Shown here piece after piece: positions 29,394 through 39,347 of a stretch of 64,000 bases of DNA. The notes under the pieces were generated by a model that did not search any database, was not told where the DNA came from, and saw nothing but the letters and a program-made list of their open reading frames with translations. Position 1 is the stretch's first letter. Each line of letters starts with the position of its first letter. Position numbers and translations under genes: made by a program. Source of the stretch: Candidatus Anstonellales archaeon (GTDB lineage Archaea > Micrarchaeota > Micrarchaeia > Anstonellales > J096); contig JAWAFD010000004.1 in assembly GCA_038890745.1 (NCBI GenBank), forward strand, positions 32,001 to 96,000, in the 5' to 3' direction.

Positions 29394-30512
29394 ATGCACA
29401 GAAACAATTCAAAAAAGCCGAGGATTATAAACAATTCAGATAAAGTAATTCTTGCGCTTGAGGATTTTGTTTTTTCAGTCGGGCTTCGGAAGGATGGAAC
29501 AACATTCCATGTTGAAAAAAGAAAAATAGAAGAGGTCGTTCCTTCTATAAAAAAAGCACTAAAAAGAAAAAATATCCTCTGGCTTGATTATGTTGTTTCC
29601 GGAGATTTTAAAAAACAGGTTTTGAAATCCGCAAGACTTCTTGGGTTTAGCGAACTTCTCGTAAAAAATCTTCTCAAGGCAACTCGTGGAAATTACGAGG
29701 ATTTGGAAACTGAGATGGGCATTCTTCTGCCTGCTATGCGAGTGGAAGGGTTTGATGTAAAGATAAACCCCCTCCTCGTTCTCATAAGAGAAAACCTTAT
29801 TGTAACGATGCACACTGCAGAAGTTACAAGATTTTTCAGGCTTAGAAAGTATGCCGCAACCCTACTCAGAAAGTTTCCAAAAGACATGTCAAACAAGGAT
29901 AAGATAACGATGCTTCTTATAAGAATAATAGATGAGAACAACGCAAGAAATTTTGACTACCTAAGGGTGATAGAGGAGCATGGGGACAAGCTTAGCGCAA
30001 GGCTTGCGGACCCAAAGGCATCCCGGGCACTTATCAGCAAACAGATATATGATATGAAGCATGCGCTCGTGACCTATCTTGATGGCCTTTGGGCAACTAT
30101 AGACGTTCTCAGCGCCCTCAGGTACGGTGATGCAGACCTTCTTACAGATGATATAAAGATAATAGAAAGAATAAATGCTCTCAGCGTTGAGGTTAACGCG
30201 CAGATAGGGCTCGGTGAGCACATGAGCGAGGTTCTTGCAAGCGGGCTTGAGGTTATGCAGACAATATACAACAACCAGCTCCAGATGCTTAACAACAGGC
30301 TTTCACTACTTGTTGCGTATCTTACGATTGTGGGTACTGCTGTTCTCTTACCAAACACCCTTGCAACAATCCTGTCCAATCCTGTCTATGGGCTTGGTCC
30401 TGATGATATGTGGTGGTATAGCGGATTGATAATTGTTTCTACTGTTTTTGCGACGCTTGTTGCGTACTGGTGGGTAAAGAAGATGGGATGGCTGAAGGCG
30501 CTTCCGGAATGA
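29394..30512 (+). CDS. CorA-family divalent cation transporter
   Basis: CorA-like soluble domain plus two C-terminal TM helices; canonical GMN motif not evident; start uncertain. Confidence 0.75.
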   Translation: MHRNNSKKPRIINNSDKVILALEDFVFSVGLRKDGTTFHVEKRKIEEVVPSIKKALKRKNILWLDYVVSGDFKKQVLKSARLLGFSELLVKNLLKATRGNYEDLETEMGILLPAMRVEGFDVKINPLLVLIRENLIVTMHTAEVTRFFRLRKYAATLLRKFPKDMSNKDKITMLLIRIIDENNARNFDYLRVIEEHGDKLSARLADPKASRALISKQIYDMKHALVTYLDGLWATIDVLSALRYGDADLLTDDIKIIERINALSVEVNAQIGLGEHMSEVLASGLEVMQTIYNNQLQMLNNRLSLLVAYLTIVGTAVLLPNTLATILSNPVYGLGPDDMWWYSGLIIVSTVFATLVAYWWVKKMGWLKALPE

Positions 30513-30517
30513 TTTTT

Positions 30518-31015
30518 ATGGTGGTATATACTCGTCAGGGTGATGATGGAGAAAGTTCTGTTGGAGGGCCTAAGATCCCGAAGCACGATTTAATATTTGA
30601 GGTGCTCGGAACTATAGATGAGTTAAACGCAGCTCTTGGGGTCGCTGCGCACAACTCTTCGCAAGTTCCCAAAAAAATTATCCCCCGCATCCAATCAAGG
30701 CTTTTTGATGTTTCTGCGTGTATAATAGGAAAGAAAAAGGAAAAATTTGATGGGGATGTAAAGGAAATGGAAAGGGTGATAGATGATATTGAAGCAAAGC
30801 TTCCCCCTATAAAATCATTCATTGCTCCTTCTGGGAATTCCTCTTATATTGATTTTGCGAGAACGGTTTGCAGGAGGGCTGAGAGAAGGATTGTTCTTTT
30901 TTCGCGCATTAATAAAATAGAGCCGAGCATTTTGAAATTCTTTAATCGGCTCTCGGATTTGCTTTTTGTTCTTGCAAGATATGAAGAGGAAAATAGTAGA
31001 AAAAATATTTTTTAG
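30518..31015 (+). CDS. PduO-type cob(I)alamin adenosyltransferase
   Basis: YTRQGDDG, GTIDELN, ARTVCRRAER, NRLSDLLFVLAR. Confidence 0.92.
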   Translation: MVVYTRQGDDGESSVGGPKIPKHDLIFEVLGTIDELNAALGVAAHNSSQVPKKIIPRIQSRLFDVSACIIGKKKEKFDGDVKEMERVIDDIEAKLPPIKSFIAPSGNSSYIDFARTVCRRAERRIVLFSRINKIEPSILKFFNRLSDLLFVLARYEEENSRKNIF

Positions 31016-31017
31016 GT

Positions 31018-31073
31018 GGCTCAGAAGCTACTCTGTTCATCATTCATCAGACTGGTGCGGTATCCTCACAGCC
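31018..31073 (-). ncRNA. Box C/D guide sRNA (double guide)
   Basis: Minus strand: GGCT-GTGAGGA(C)-TACCGCACCAGT-CTGA(D')-TGA-ATGATGA(C')-ACAGAGTAGCTT-CTGA(D)-GCC; two 12-nt guides, terminal GGC/GCC stem, intergenic position. Confidence 0.88.
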
Positions 31074-31096
31074 AGGTATATTTAATGTGGAACTTG

Positions 31097-31110
31097 TTTA
31101 TTAATTTTTC
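31097..31110 (-). promoter_or_regulatory. Putative BRE-TATA element for the C/D sRNA
   Basis: GAAAAA-TTAATAAA on minus strand about 25-35 nt upstream of the sRNA; could instead serve the divergent ORF. Confidence 0.4.
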
Positions 31111-31128
31111 TAATTATATAAATAATTT

Positions 31129-31827
31129 ATGGGGAGAGGTCTTGCAAAGATTGAGATTATCAAGATAAAAAATGCCGACCAGATTAAGCCCGTTGTACCA
31201 TACTTCCAAGAGCTTTCAAAATATGAAGAGCTTGAATGGCTGGACTATCCAAATATTCCAACCCTTATTAGAGGTGGGAAGGGTTTTCAGCTTGGAGAAG
31301 ATTTTACTCTTTATATGTATGTATGTGGAGGGGTTGTATACGGAAGCGCGTATGTTTCCAAACTCGGTAAATATTCAGTTTTTAATTTTCAAGACCAATT
31401 TTTTTTAAAAGAGATAGAAAAAAGAGAATTTACTGGTGTTTTTGTGCACCCGCTTTTAAGAGGAAACGGTATAGTTGGAAAATTTATTTCTACCGCTTTG
31501 GAAGATTATGATGAATTTCTTATATTGCCAAAAACAAAAAAGGAAGCAGCGCTTGAAGGTTTTAGAGTGCTTTCAGAAATAACCGGAATGTCGATTGAAA
31601 AAATAGAGGAGATATCCTTTCGCGGTACAGAATCATTCTACGAATACTTAAATAAATGTGATTTTGAAACTATTGTTAAGCAGCTGGAGAGGTACATCGG
31701 TGCGGTTGATGAGACTTCTGTTCCTATGGATGTTTGTGCAAAAAAGAGAGGTGTGTTCTTGGGGTATTCGTTTCCTTGGTTTGCTCCGGTGTATTTGGTG
31801 ACGCGCACGCAGAGAGAAAGCTTTTAA
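31129..31827 (+). CDS. Hypothetical protein, possible GNAT-like acetyltransferase
   Basis: VFVHPLLRGNGI resembles GNAT acetyl-CoA binding motif A. Confidence 0.55.
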   Translation: MGRGLAKIEIIKIKNADQIKPVVPYFQELSKYEELEWLDYPNIPTLIRGGKGFQLGEDFTLYMYVCGGVVYGSAYVSKLGKYSVFNFQDQFFLKEIEKREFTGVFVHPLLRGNGIVGKFISTALEDYDEFLILPKTKKEAALEGFRVLSEITGMSIEKIEEISFRGTESFYEYLNKCDFETIVKQLERYIGAVDETSVPMDVCAKKRGVFLGYSFPWFAPVYLVTRTQRESF

Positions 31828-31849
31828 AACAAAAACCTCAAATTTCCCC

Positions 31850-34528
31850 ATGGAAACTTCCTATGCGCCTCTCTCTACATTAACTTTAAGAGCGTATGCG
31901 CATAAACTGAGGGAAAACGAATCATTCTGGAATGCTTTTCTTGTTTTTCTTGGGGCGTTGGGCATTCTCTCAGTCGCACCCTTTTATCCTCCTTATATCA
32001 TTCCTATTCTTGCGATAATCGCCGGAGGAATAGCGTACAAAAAACCTCCTCTTGGAGTGATACTCTCAACATTTCTCGCGCTTTTTTCATTCAGCTACCA
32101 AAGCACTGTTTTTGGATGGGTTTTTCTTTTGGTCCTGGCGTTTGTCCTTTTTGAAGCATGGGAGTATTGGGGGATAATCGCAGCGCTGCAGATTTTGGTT
32201 TTCCTTCCATTCGCTCCATTCCCCATCTCTCTCTTAGGAGGGTTTATTTACCTTGGGATGGTCCTCGCGGCCCTTCATTTCGGCTCCCATAGATCAGTAG
32301 CTATAGCAGCAGGCTCTATCCTCCTTGTCCTTCTTCTTTCTTCAGTATGGCAGGTTGACAATGCAGCGTATTTTCCGATAAAAAAAGAGATATATCTAAC
32401 AAATGAGGATCTTCAGGTTTCAAAGCCCCCCCTTGATATGATCACAATATTTTCGGGGTTTGGAATTGCAGTGGGCAATCTTTTTGATTTTGCAACTGCC
32501 CTCAGGCTAAATGCAGCACTTTCTGTTGTTTCCACAAATCTTTTAAGAATACTTTTTATGGACTCAGGTATTGCGCAGTTGTTTATATGGGCAGCCGTTC
32601 TTTATGTTGTTTCATTTCTTCCGGGTAGAATAAAAACAAAAAACATAGAAATTCTGTGCTCCCTTACCCTCCTTCTCGTCCCACTTTTCTACTATCCCAT
32701 GTGCATGGCGTTTGGGGTTGAGTTCAGAATGGAGATGGTGGCTTATGCTGTTGCATCTGTTCTCCTGATTGCATTTGCAGAATCCATTGGTTTTAGGTTT
32801 AGCAAGGAGCTTGAGATAATAAAAAAAGAGCAGATGAAAATGTACGGAAAGTTTGGGTTGCAGGAGCTTACTTTGAGCAAAGGCGAGAAGGGGCTTGAGG
32901 ATGTTGGGGGGTATGAGGAAGTAAAAAAGGAGCTTAAAGAAGCAATAATTACGCCGTTGCAGAAGGCGGAGGTTGCGTATGCTTATGGGTTGAAACCACC
33001 GAAGGGAATACTGTTTTTCGGCCCTCCGGGAACCGGTAAAACAATGCTTATGCGCGCCCTTGCAAAAGAAATAGACTATCCATTTTTCTATGTTAAATCA
33101 TCAGAGATAATGTCTAAATGGTATGGAGAAAGCGAGAAGAATATAACAGAAATATTTGACATAGCAAGAAAGCATAGCCCGTGTATTTTGTTTTTTGATG
33201 AGATTGACTGGATAGGAAAGAGAAGGGATGCGAGGGCAAGAGGAGAGGGACCTGAGGTTCTGAGCATATTCCTTATGGAGCTTGATGGGTTTAGGACAGA
33301 GAAGCCGGTAATTGTAATAGGCGCAACAAACGTCCCAAACCTTCTCGACCCTGCCCTCCTAAGGCCGGGAAGGTTTGACAAAATAATATACATGCCTGTT
33401 CCTGATATGGAGGGAAGAAAATCAATATTCAAAGTACATACAAAAGGTCTGCCGCTTGCTCAGGATGTTGATTTTGAAAAGCTTGCGAAGATGACAGAGA
33501 GGTTTACTGGCGCTGACATCGCGAATGTTGTTGCAGAGGCAAAAAAGCTTGCCGCAAGCGAGGCAATGGAAAAAAACATCATTGTTCCTATAAGAATGGA
33601 GCATTTTATTGAAGTAATAGAAAATACAAAACCGTCTGTGAGCCTCTCTTTATTGGAAGAGCATGAAAAATTCAAGCTTGATTTTGAGAGGAGTATGGGG
33701 AAGATAAAGGAAAGGGAAAGAAAGGAGGCGGAGAAAAAGATAAAGTTTGCGGACGTTGCAAACTTAGAGGATGTTAAGAATGCGCTGAGGGAGGCGGTTG
33801 AGATGCCTCTCCTCCACCCAGAGCTTTTGGAGGAGTTTGAGGTTAAGCCGGTTTCTGGTATCCTCCTCTTCGGCCCTCCAGGAACGGGTAAAACATACAT
33901 AGTAAAGGCTGCTGCGAATGAGTTCAATGTTCCGATGCTGTTTTTAAGCGGCGCAGAGCTTATGGAAAGAGGTCCTTCTCAGGCTGTTGAGGTGATAAAG
34001 GAAACATTCAACAGGGCAAGGGAGAATGCGCCAGCAGTAATATTCATAGATGAAATAGAAACGGTTGCGCCCGCAAGAGAGGTTGTTAGTCCTATAATGG
34101 GCCAGCTGCTGCAGGAGATGGATGGGATAAGAAAAACAAAGAATGTTGTTGTGATCGGGGCGACAAACCTCCCGCAGATGCTTGACCCTGCCCTCCTAAG
34201 GCCTGGAAGGTTCGACAAAATAATATATGTAGGACCTCCGAATAAAGAAGTAAGGGAGGAGATATTCAGAATACATTTGGGAAATTTTGCGAGAATGTTT
34301 GATTTGGAAAAGCTGGCCGAGGCTGCTAAGGATTACAGCGGTGCGGATATCGCAAGCGTCTGCCAAGAGGTTAAGATGGCACTTGCAAAGAAAAAGCTTG
34401 AGGGCAAAACACCAAGCATGACGAATGCTGAGGTTATAAAAATAATTCAGAGCAGGATGCCTTCAATAAGTCGGGATATGCTTTATGTTTATAAGAAATT
34501 TATAGAGGAGTATGGGGAAAGGAGGTAA
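31850..34528 (+). CDS. Cdc48/VCP-like double AAA ATPase with polytopic membrane N-terminus
   Basis: About 330-aa hydrophobic N-terminus; two AAA modules, each with GPPGTGKT, DE Walker B and DPALLRPGRFD. Confidence 0.9.
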   Translation: METSYAPLSTLTLRAYAHKLRENESFWNAFLVFLGALGILSVAPFYPPYIIPILAIIAGGIAYKKPPLGVILSTFLALFSFSYQSTVFGWVFLLVLAFVLFEAWEYWGIIAALQILVFLPFAPFPISLLGGFIYLGMVLAALHFGSHRSVAIAAGSILLVLLLSSVWQVDNAAYFPIKKEIYLTNEDLQVSKPPLDMITIFSGFGIAVGNLFDFATALRLNAALSVVSTNLLRILFMDSGIAQLFIWAAVLYVVSFLPGRIKTKNIEILCSLTLLLVPLFYYPMCMAFGVEFRMEMVAYAVASVLLIAFAESIGFRFSKELEIIKKEQMKMYGKFGLQELTLSKGEKGLEDVGGYEEVKKELKEAIITPLQKAEVAYAYGLKPPKGILFFGPPGTGKTMLMRALAKEIDYPFFYVKSSEIMSKWYGESEKNITEIFDIARKHSPCILFFDEIDWIGKRRDARARGEGPEVLSIFLMELDGFRTEKPVIVIGATNVPNLLDPALLRPGRFDKIIYMPVPDMEGRKSIFKVHTKGLPLAQDVDFEKLAKMTERFTGADIANVVAEAKKLAASEAMEKNIIVPIRMEHFIEVIENTKPSVSLSLLEEHEKFKLDFERSMGKIKERERKEAEKKIKFADVANLEDVKNALREAVEMPLLHPELLEEFEVKPVSGILLFGPPGTGKTYIVKAAANEFNVPMLFLSGAELMERGPSQAVEVIKETFNRARENAPAVIFIDEIETVAPAREVVSPIMGQLLQEMDGIRKTKNVVVIGATNLPQMLDPALLRPGRFDKIIYVGPPNKEVREEIFRIHLGNFARMFDLEKLAEAAKDYSGADIASVCQEVKMALAKKKLEGKTPSMTNAEVIKIIQSRMPSISRDMLYVYKKFIEEYGERR

Positions 34529-34532
34529 TGCT

Positions 34533-35870
34533 ATGAAGATATATCTAGTAAAGAAAGCAAGGAATGATGCAAGATTCGTTTTTGGGGAGAAGAAGAAAAA
34601 ACTTTCTGCGAGAGTAGAAGGAAAGAATATTGTTGTTGAGCTTGGAGAAAGAAAGGATTTCTGCGATGATGATCTGAGAAAGGCTGCTGCAAAGGCATAC
34701 AGGTTTGCAAAAAGCCAAGAGATTTATGAATTGAATTTTATTCTACCAAGAGTTCTAAAACCAGAGCGGGAGGTTGAGCTGATTGCAGAGGCGCTTTACA
34801 TTTCCGATTACGCCTTCTCCATGAAAACCGAAAAGGAGAAGGAAAAGGAGTTTTTTGCTTACATAGATGCTGATGTGCAGTACGCGAATGTTTTAAAGAG
34901 AACAGCAGTTTTGACAGAGGCGCAAAATTATGCGCGAAATTTGGCAAACCTTCCACCTTTGATTGCAACACCAGAATTTTTTGCAAACGAAGCGAAGAAA
35001 TTGGCCAGCGAGCTTGGGCTGGATGTGAAAGTTTATGATAAAAAACAGATTGAGAAAATGGGGATGGGTGGTATTCTTGCAGTAAGCAAAGGGAGCACAA
35101 ACCCCCCATTTCTTGTTGAGCTCTCCTACTCCCCGAAAGGTGCGAAAAAATACATCGCGCTTGTTGGAAAAGGATTAACTTTTGATTCAGGGGGACTGGA
35201 TATAAAAAACGCGGAGCAGATGGAAGATATGAAATTGGATAAGACAGGGGCTTGCGTTGTTTTGGGTGTTTTGAGAGCGATCGCAAAACTAAAACTTCCT
35301 TTAAAGGTTTCTGCGTTTATTCCATTTGTAGAAAACATGCCGGGTGGGAATGCAACAAAGCCAGGGGATATAATAAAAATGTACAATGGAAAAACCGTTG
35401 AGATACTGAATACTGATGCTGAGGGAAGGCTCGTTCTTGCTGATGCACTTGCGTTTGCGGATGAAAGGAAGCCTGATGGTATTGTGAATGTTGCAACACT
35501 CACAGGAGCGATCTCTATAGCCCTTGGCTCTCACGCAATAGGGATGTTTTCAACAAGCGATGAGCTCACATGCAAGTTTATGGAAGCAGGGGAGAAAACA
35601 TATGAGAGGGTTTGGCTCATGCCTCTTTTTGCTGAATATGGAGAGATGATGAGGAGCGATTTTGCTGATTTGAAAAACATTTCAGGAAAAAAGGAGGCAG
35701 GTGCATGCACAGCAGCAGCGTTCCTAAAAGAATTTGTCTCTGTTCCTTTTGTTCATCTTGACATTGCAGGGGTTTTCAACATAAAGGAAAACCACCCGTA
35801 CTTCAACAAGGGGGCTCCGGGAATTGGGGTAAGGGTAATTACTGAGGCGATACAGAAATGGATGGTCTGA
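34533..35870 (+). CDS. pepA: Leucyl aminopeptidase (M17)
   Basis: VGKGLTFDSGG, MKLDK, NTDAEGRL, ATLTGA, HLDIAG; GGAGGT SD before ATG 34533. Confidence 0.93.
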   Translation: MKIYLVKKARNDARFVFGEKKKKLSARVEGKNIVVELGERKDFCDDDLRKAAAKAYRFAKSQEIYELNFILPRVLKPEREVELIAEALYISDYAFSMKTEKEKEKEFFAYIDADVQYANVLKRTAVLTEAQNYARNLANLPPLIATPEFFANEAKKLASELGLDVKVYDKKQIEKMGMGGILAVSKGSTNPPFLVELSYSPKGAKKYIALVGKGLTFDSGGLDIKNAEQMEDMKLDKTGACVVLGVLRAIAKLKLPLKVSAFIPFVENMPGGNATKPGDIIKMYNGKTVEILNTDAEGRLVLADALAFADERKPDGIVNVATLTGAISIALGSHAIGMFSTSDELTCKFMEAGEKTYERVWLMPLFAEYGEMMRSDFADLKNISGKKEAGACTAAAFLKEFVSVPFVHLDIAGVFNIKENHPYFNKGAPGIGVRVITEAIQKWMV

Positions 35871-36349
35871 ACATAAGACTCATTGGAATTTCTCTCATGG
35901 TGTTTGCGATTTTAATAGTGCTCATTGTTATTTCGTTGACACAGCAATTTTCAAAAGCCATGGATATAGAGTGCGCAGCTGTCTGCGGGCCGCATGAAGA
36001 AACATGCCCACACGCAAAGGGTATTCCGTTGGAAAGCTATGTAGGTTTTACTATTTCGTTGATTCTATTTTTGGTCGGCCTATATCTTATTTCTGTACAC
36101 AAAACAAAACTGGTGGAAGCCACAGAAAAAGAGAAAAGAGTAAAAGGTATATTATCTACGCTAAAAGATGAAGAAAATAAGATATACGATTTGATAAAAG
36201 AATGCGGAGGGGCAGTGTTCCAGAGTGAAATCGTAGAAAAAACAGGATACACAAAGGTTAGGGTGACCAGAGCCCTTGACCGGCTTGAAAGCCGCGGGCT
36301 CGTTGAGAGAAGAAGGAGAGGAATGACAAATATCGTTGTTCTCAAGTAG
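35858..36349 (+). CDS. Membrane-anchored winged-helix transcriptional regulator
   Basis: Two TM helices, Cys/His loop, C-terminal FQSEIV...KVRVTRALDRLESRGLVERRRRG. Confidence 0.8.
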   Translation: MDGLNIRLIGISLMVFAILIVLIVISLTQQFSKAMDIECAAVCGPHEETCPHAKGIPLESYVGFTISLILFLVGLYLISVHKTKLVEATEKEKRVKGILSTLKDEENKIYDLIKECGGAVFQSEIVEKTGYTKVRVTRALDRLESRGLVERRRRGMTNIVVLK

Positions 36350-36414
36350 TTTGTTGAAACTAGTTTCACCAAAACTAATATTAGGTGTTTCATCCTTGTC
36401 TTTGTGGTGATAAA

Positions 36415-37035
36415 ATGAAAAATTGCTGCACAGTTGATAAAAAAGATAGTAAAAGGGAATTGCTGAGGGGGTTGGTATATGGTTTAATTCCGCATACAGG
36501 TTGCATGCTTTTTATTCTTGCTGCAGTTTTTGGTGCAACGGCAGCATCGGCATTTTTTCAGCCATTATTATCAGACCCAAATTTTTTCTACATCCTTATT
36601 GCTCTTTCTTTTGTTTTTGCGACTTTTTCAGCCCTACTCTATCTTAGGAAGTATAACCTTCTTTCTTTCTCTGGTTTGAGAAAGGAATGGAAGTATCTTT
36701 CTACTCTCTACGCGACAACAGTCTCAGTGAATCTTCTATTTATTTTTTTTCTATTCCCATTCATAACAACAACCCTTTACCCAACTCAATCCTTAGCTAC
36801 TCAGAGCAGTTCAATTTTACAGATCAAGCTCGCTGTTAACATTCCATGCTCAGGTCATGCGCCTTTAATAATAGAAGAACTAAAAAAACTTGATGGAATT
36901 AAGAGTGTTAGCTACGAACCGCCAAATCTATTCTTGATTTCATACGACCCAAATAGAATATCAAAGAAAGACATTCTTTCGGTGGAGGTTTTTAAAACGT
37001 ACCCAACAAATGTCCTAGAGGTAGATGGTGATTAG
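36415..37035 (+). CDS. Membrane protein with C-terminal HMA-like domain
   Basis: PHTGC motif, three TM helices, IPCSGH HMA-like motif; directly upstream of the Cu ATPase. Confidence 0.75.
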   Translation: MKNCCTVDKKDSKRELLRGLVYGLIPHTGCMLFILAAVFGATAASAFFQPLLSDPNFFYILIALSFVFATFSALLYLRKYNLLSFSGLRKEWKYLSTLYATTVSVNLLFIFFLFPFITTTLYPTQSLATQSSSILQIKLAVNIPCSGHAPLIIEELKKLDGIKSVSYEPPNLFLISYDPNRISKKDILSVEVFKTYPTNVLEVDGD

Positions 37036-39270
37036 GTGAACAGACATGGAAAAATAACTAATGCTAAAATGAGAAAAGCAGTTTTCTCAGTATCCGGGAT
37101 GCACTGCGCCTCATGCGCCCAGAATATAGAATCCACCCTTAAAAAATTAAATGGCATTACCAGCGCCGTTGTTAATTTTGCGACAGAAAAAGCAACGGTG
37201 GAGTTTAACGAGGCAGTTACAAACGAATCAGAAATCCGTAATGCTGTTGAGCAGCTTGGATATCGAGTTGTTGGCGGGTTTGAAAAAGAGGTTGATAGAG
37301 AAAAGGAGGAGAGAGAGAAGGAAATGAACGAATTGAAAAACTTATTTTTTATATCTGCATTACTTACCCTCCCAATTTTTCTCATATCCATGCCATTCGA
37401 ATGGCTTGGGGTCTATGTTCCATACAAAAATATTGTTCTTTTAATCCTGGCAACGCCCGTGCAGTTTTTTGTTGGCTATAGATTCTACAAAGGAGCGTTC
37501 ATTGCGTTAAAAAACATGACCGCGAACATGGACACGCTGATTGCAATTGGCACGTCCGCAGCTTATTTTTATAGCCTGCTTGTTGTGTTGTTTCCGGATT
37601 TTGGAGAGATAGTGTATTTTGAAACCTCAGCCATTATAATAACATTTATCATTCTTGGGAAATGGCTTGAGGCGGTAGCCAAGGGCAGGGCATCTGAAGC
37701 AATAAAAAAGCTGATTGGACTGCAGCCAAAAACAGCAACAATTATTAGAAGAGGAAAAGAGGTGACCCTCCCCATTGAAGAGGTTGAGGTGGGCGATGTT
37801 GTTTTGGTAAAACCAGGGCAGAAAATACCTGTTGATGGAATTGTTCTGGATGGTTTTTCTTCTGTTGATGAATCCATGATAACGGGCGAGAGTATTCCTG
37901 TAGAAAAGAGAAAAGGCGCCATAGTCATCGGTGGGACTATTAATAAGCATGGTTCATTTAGGTTTAAAGCGACGAGGGTTGGGAAGGACACAGTATTAAG
38001 TCAGATAATAAAATTGGTGGAGGAGGCGCAGGGAAGTAAGGCTCCAATACAGAGGCTGGCTGATAAGATAAGTGGTTATTTTGTCCCAGCAGTGGTATTC
38101 ATCGCTTTTCTCTCATTTTTCTTTTGGTATTTTATTTTTGGGCAACCACTAATCTTTGCGCTGAATGTTTTCATAGCTGTTCTCATAATCGCATGCCCAT
38201 GCGCTTTGGGGCTAGCAACCCCAACCGCAATCATTGTCGGAACTGGGAAAGCCGCGGAGTTTGGGATATTGATAAAAAATGCGGAAGCGTTAGAAAGAGC
38301 ATGTGATGTGGATACGATCGTTTTAGACAAAACTGGAACGCTTACGAAAGGAAAGCCGGAGGTTACAGATATAATTGCACTTGATGGTCTGGGTGAGACG
38401 ATGATTCTGAAATATGCTGGGATTGCCGAGAAAAAATCAGAGCATCCCCTCGCAGATGCAATACTGAGTAAAGCAAAAAATGAAAAAATAAAGATCCCGG
38501 AGCCGACATATTTTATAGCGGCACCGGGGCGCGGGATTATTGCAGAATACAAAAAAAAGAAAATCTTGTTTGGTAATAGACTTCTCATGGAAAAATACAA
38601 AATTGACCTGACCGCCTATCAACAGAAAATAGAAAAATTGGAAAATGATGGAAAAACAGTTATGATTCTGGCAGTGGATAGAAAAGCAGTTGGACTAATC
38701 GCTGTGGCAGATACCTTAAAAGAGTCCTCAAAGGATGCAGTTTTAGAATTGCATAAGATGGGAAAGCAAGTTATCATGATTACCGGGGATAACAAAAGAA
38801 CCGCGAGCGCAAAAGCAAAAGAGCTGGGAATAGAGCATGTACTGGCTGAAATTTTACCACAAGATAAGGCGAAAGAAATCAAAAAATTACAGGAAAATGG
38901 AAAGATTGTGGCGATGGTTGGAGATGGTATAAATGATGCTCCTGCGCTTGCGCAGGCAGATGTTGGGATAGCGATTGGTGCAGGCACAGATATCGCATTG
39001 GAAACCGGCCAGATAGTTTTGGTTAAGAATGACCTTCGCGATGTTGTAAATGCAATAGATCTTAGCAACTACACCCTAAAAAAAATTAAACAAAATCTTT
39101 TCTGGGCTTTTTTCTATAATTCCTTCGGCATACTAATTGCAGCTGGCGTTCTTTATCCTTTTACAGGCATGCTTCTTAATCCAGTAATCGCTGCGATGGC
39201 GATGGCTTTGAGTTCTGTTTCTGTTGTTTCAAATTCATTGTTGATGAAGAGGTATAGAAAAAAACTTTAG
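37036..39270 (+). CDS. copA: Copper-translocating P1B-type ATPase
   Basis: GMHCASC, TGES, CPC, DKTGT, SEHPL, GDGIND, YN and MALSS Cu(I)-type signatures. Confidence 0.95.
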   Translation: MNRHGKITNAKMRKAVFSVSGMHCASCAQNIESTLKKLNGITSAVVNFATEKATVEFNEAVTNESEIRNAVEQLGYRVVGGFEKEVDREKEEREKEMNELKNLFFISALLTLPIFLISMPFEWLGVYVPYKNIVLLILATPVQFFVGYRFYKGAFIALKNMTANMDTLIAIGTSAAYFYSLLVVLFPDFGEIVYFETSAIIITFIILGKWLEAVAKGRASEAIKKLIGLQPKTATIIRRGKEVTLPIEEVEVGDVVLVKPGQKIPVDGIVLDGFSSVDESMITGESIPVEKRKGAIVIGGTINKHGSFRFKATRVGKDTVLSQIIKLVEEAQGSKAPIQRLADKISGYFVPAVVFIAFLSFFFWYFIFGQPLIFALNVFIAVLIIACPCALGLATPTAIIVGTGKAAEFGILIKNAEALERACDVDTIVLDKTGTLTKGKPEVTDIIALDGLGETMILKYAGIAEKKSEHPLADAILSKAKNEKIKIPEPTYFIAAPGRGIIAEYKKKKILFGNRLLMEKYKIDLTAYQQKIEKLENDGKTVMILAVDRKAVGLIAVADTLKESSKDAVLELHKMGKQVIMITGDNKRTASAKAKELGIEHVLAEILPQDKAKEIKKLQENGKIVAMVGDGINDAPALAQADVGIAIGAGTDIALETGQIVLVKNDLRDVVNAIDLSNYTLKKIKQNLFWAFFYNSFGILIAAGVLYPFTGMLLNPVIAAMAMALSSVSVVSNSLLMKRYRKKL

Positions 39271-39347
39271 GCCTAGGGCAGTAAGCAAAATTTAAAAACA
39301 TATTCATTCTATTTTTCCCGTTCTTCGTATAAAAATGGGGTGAAAAC

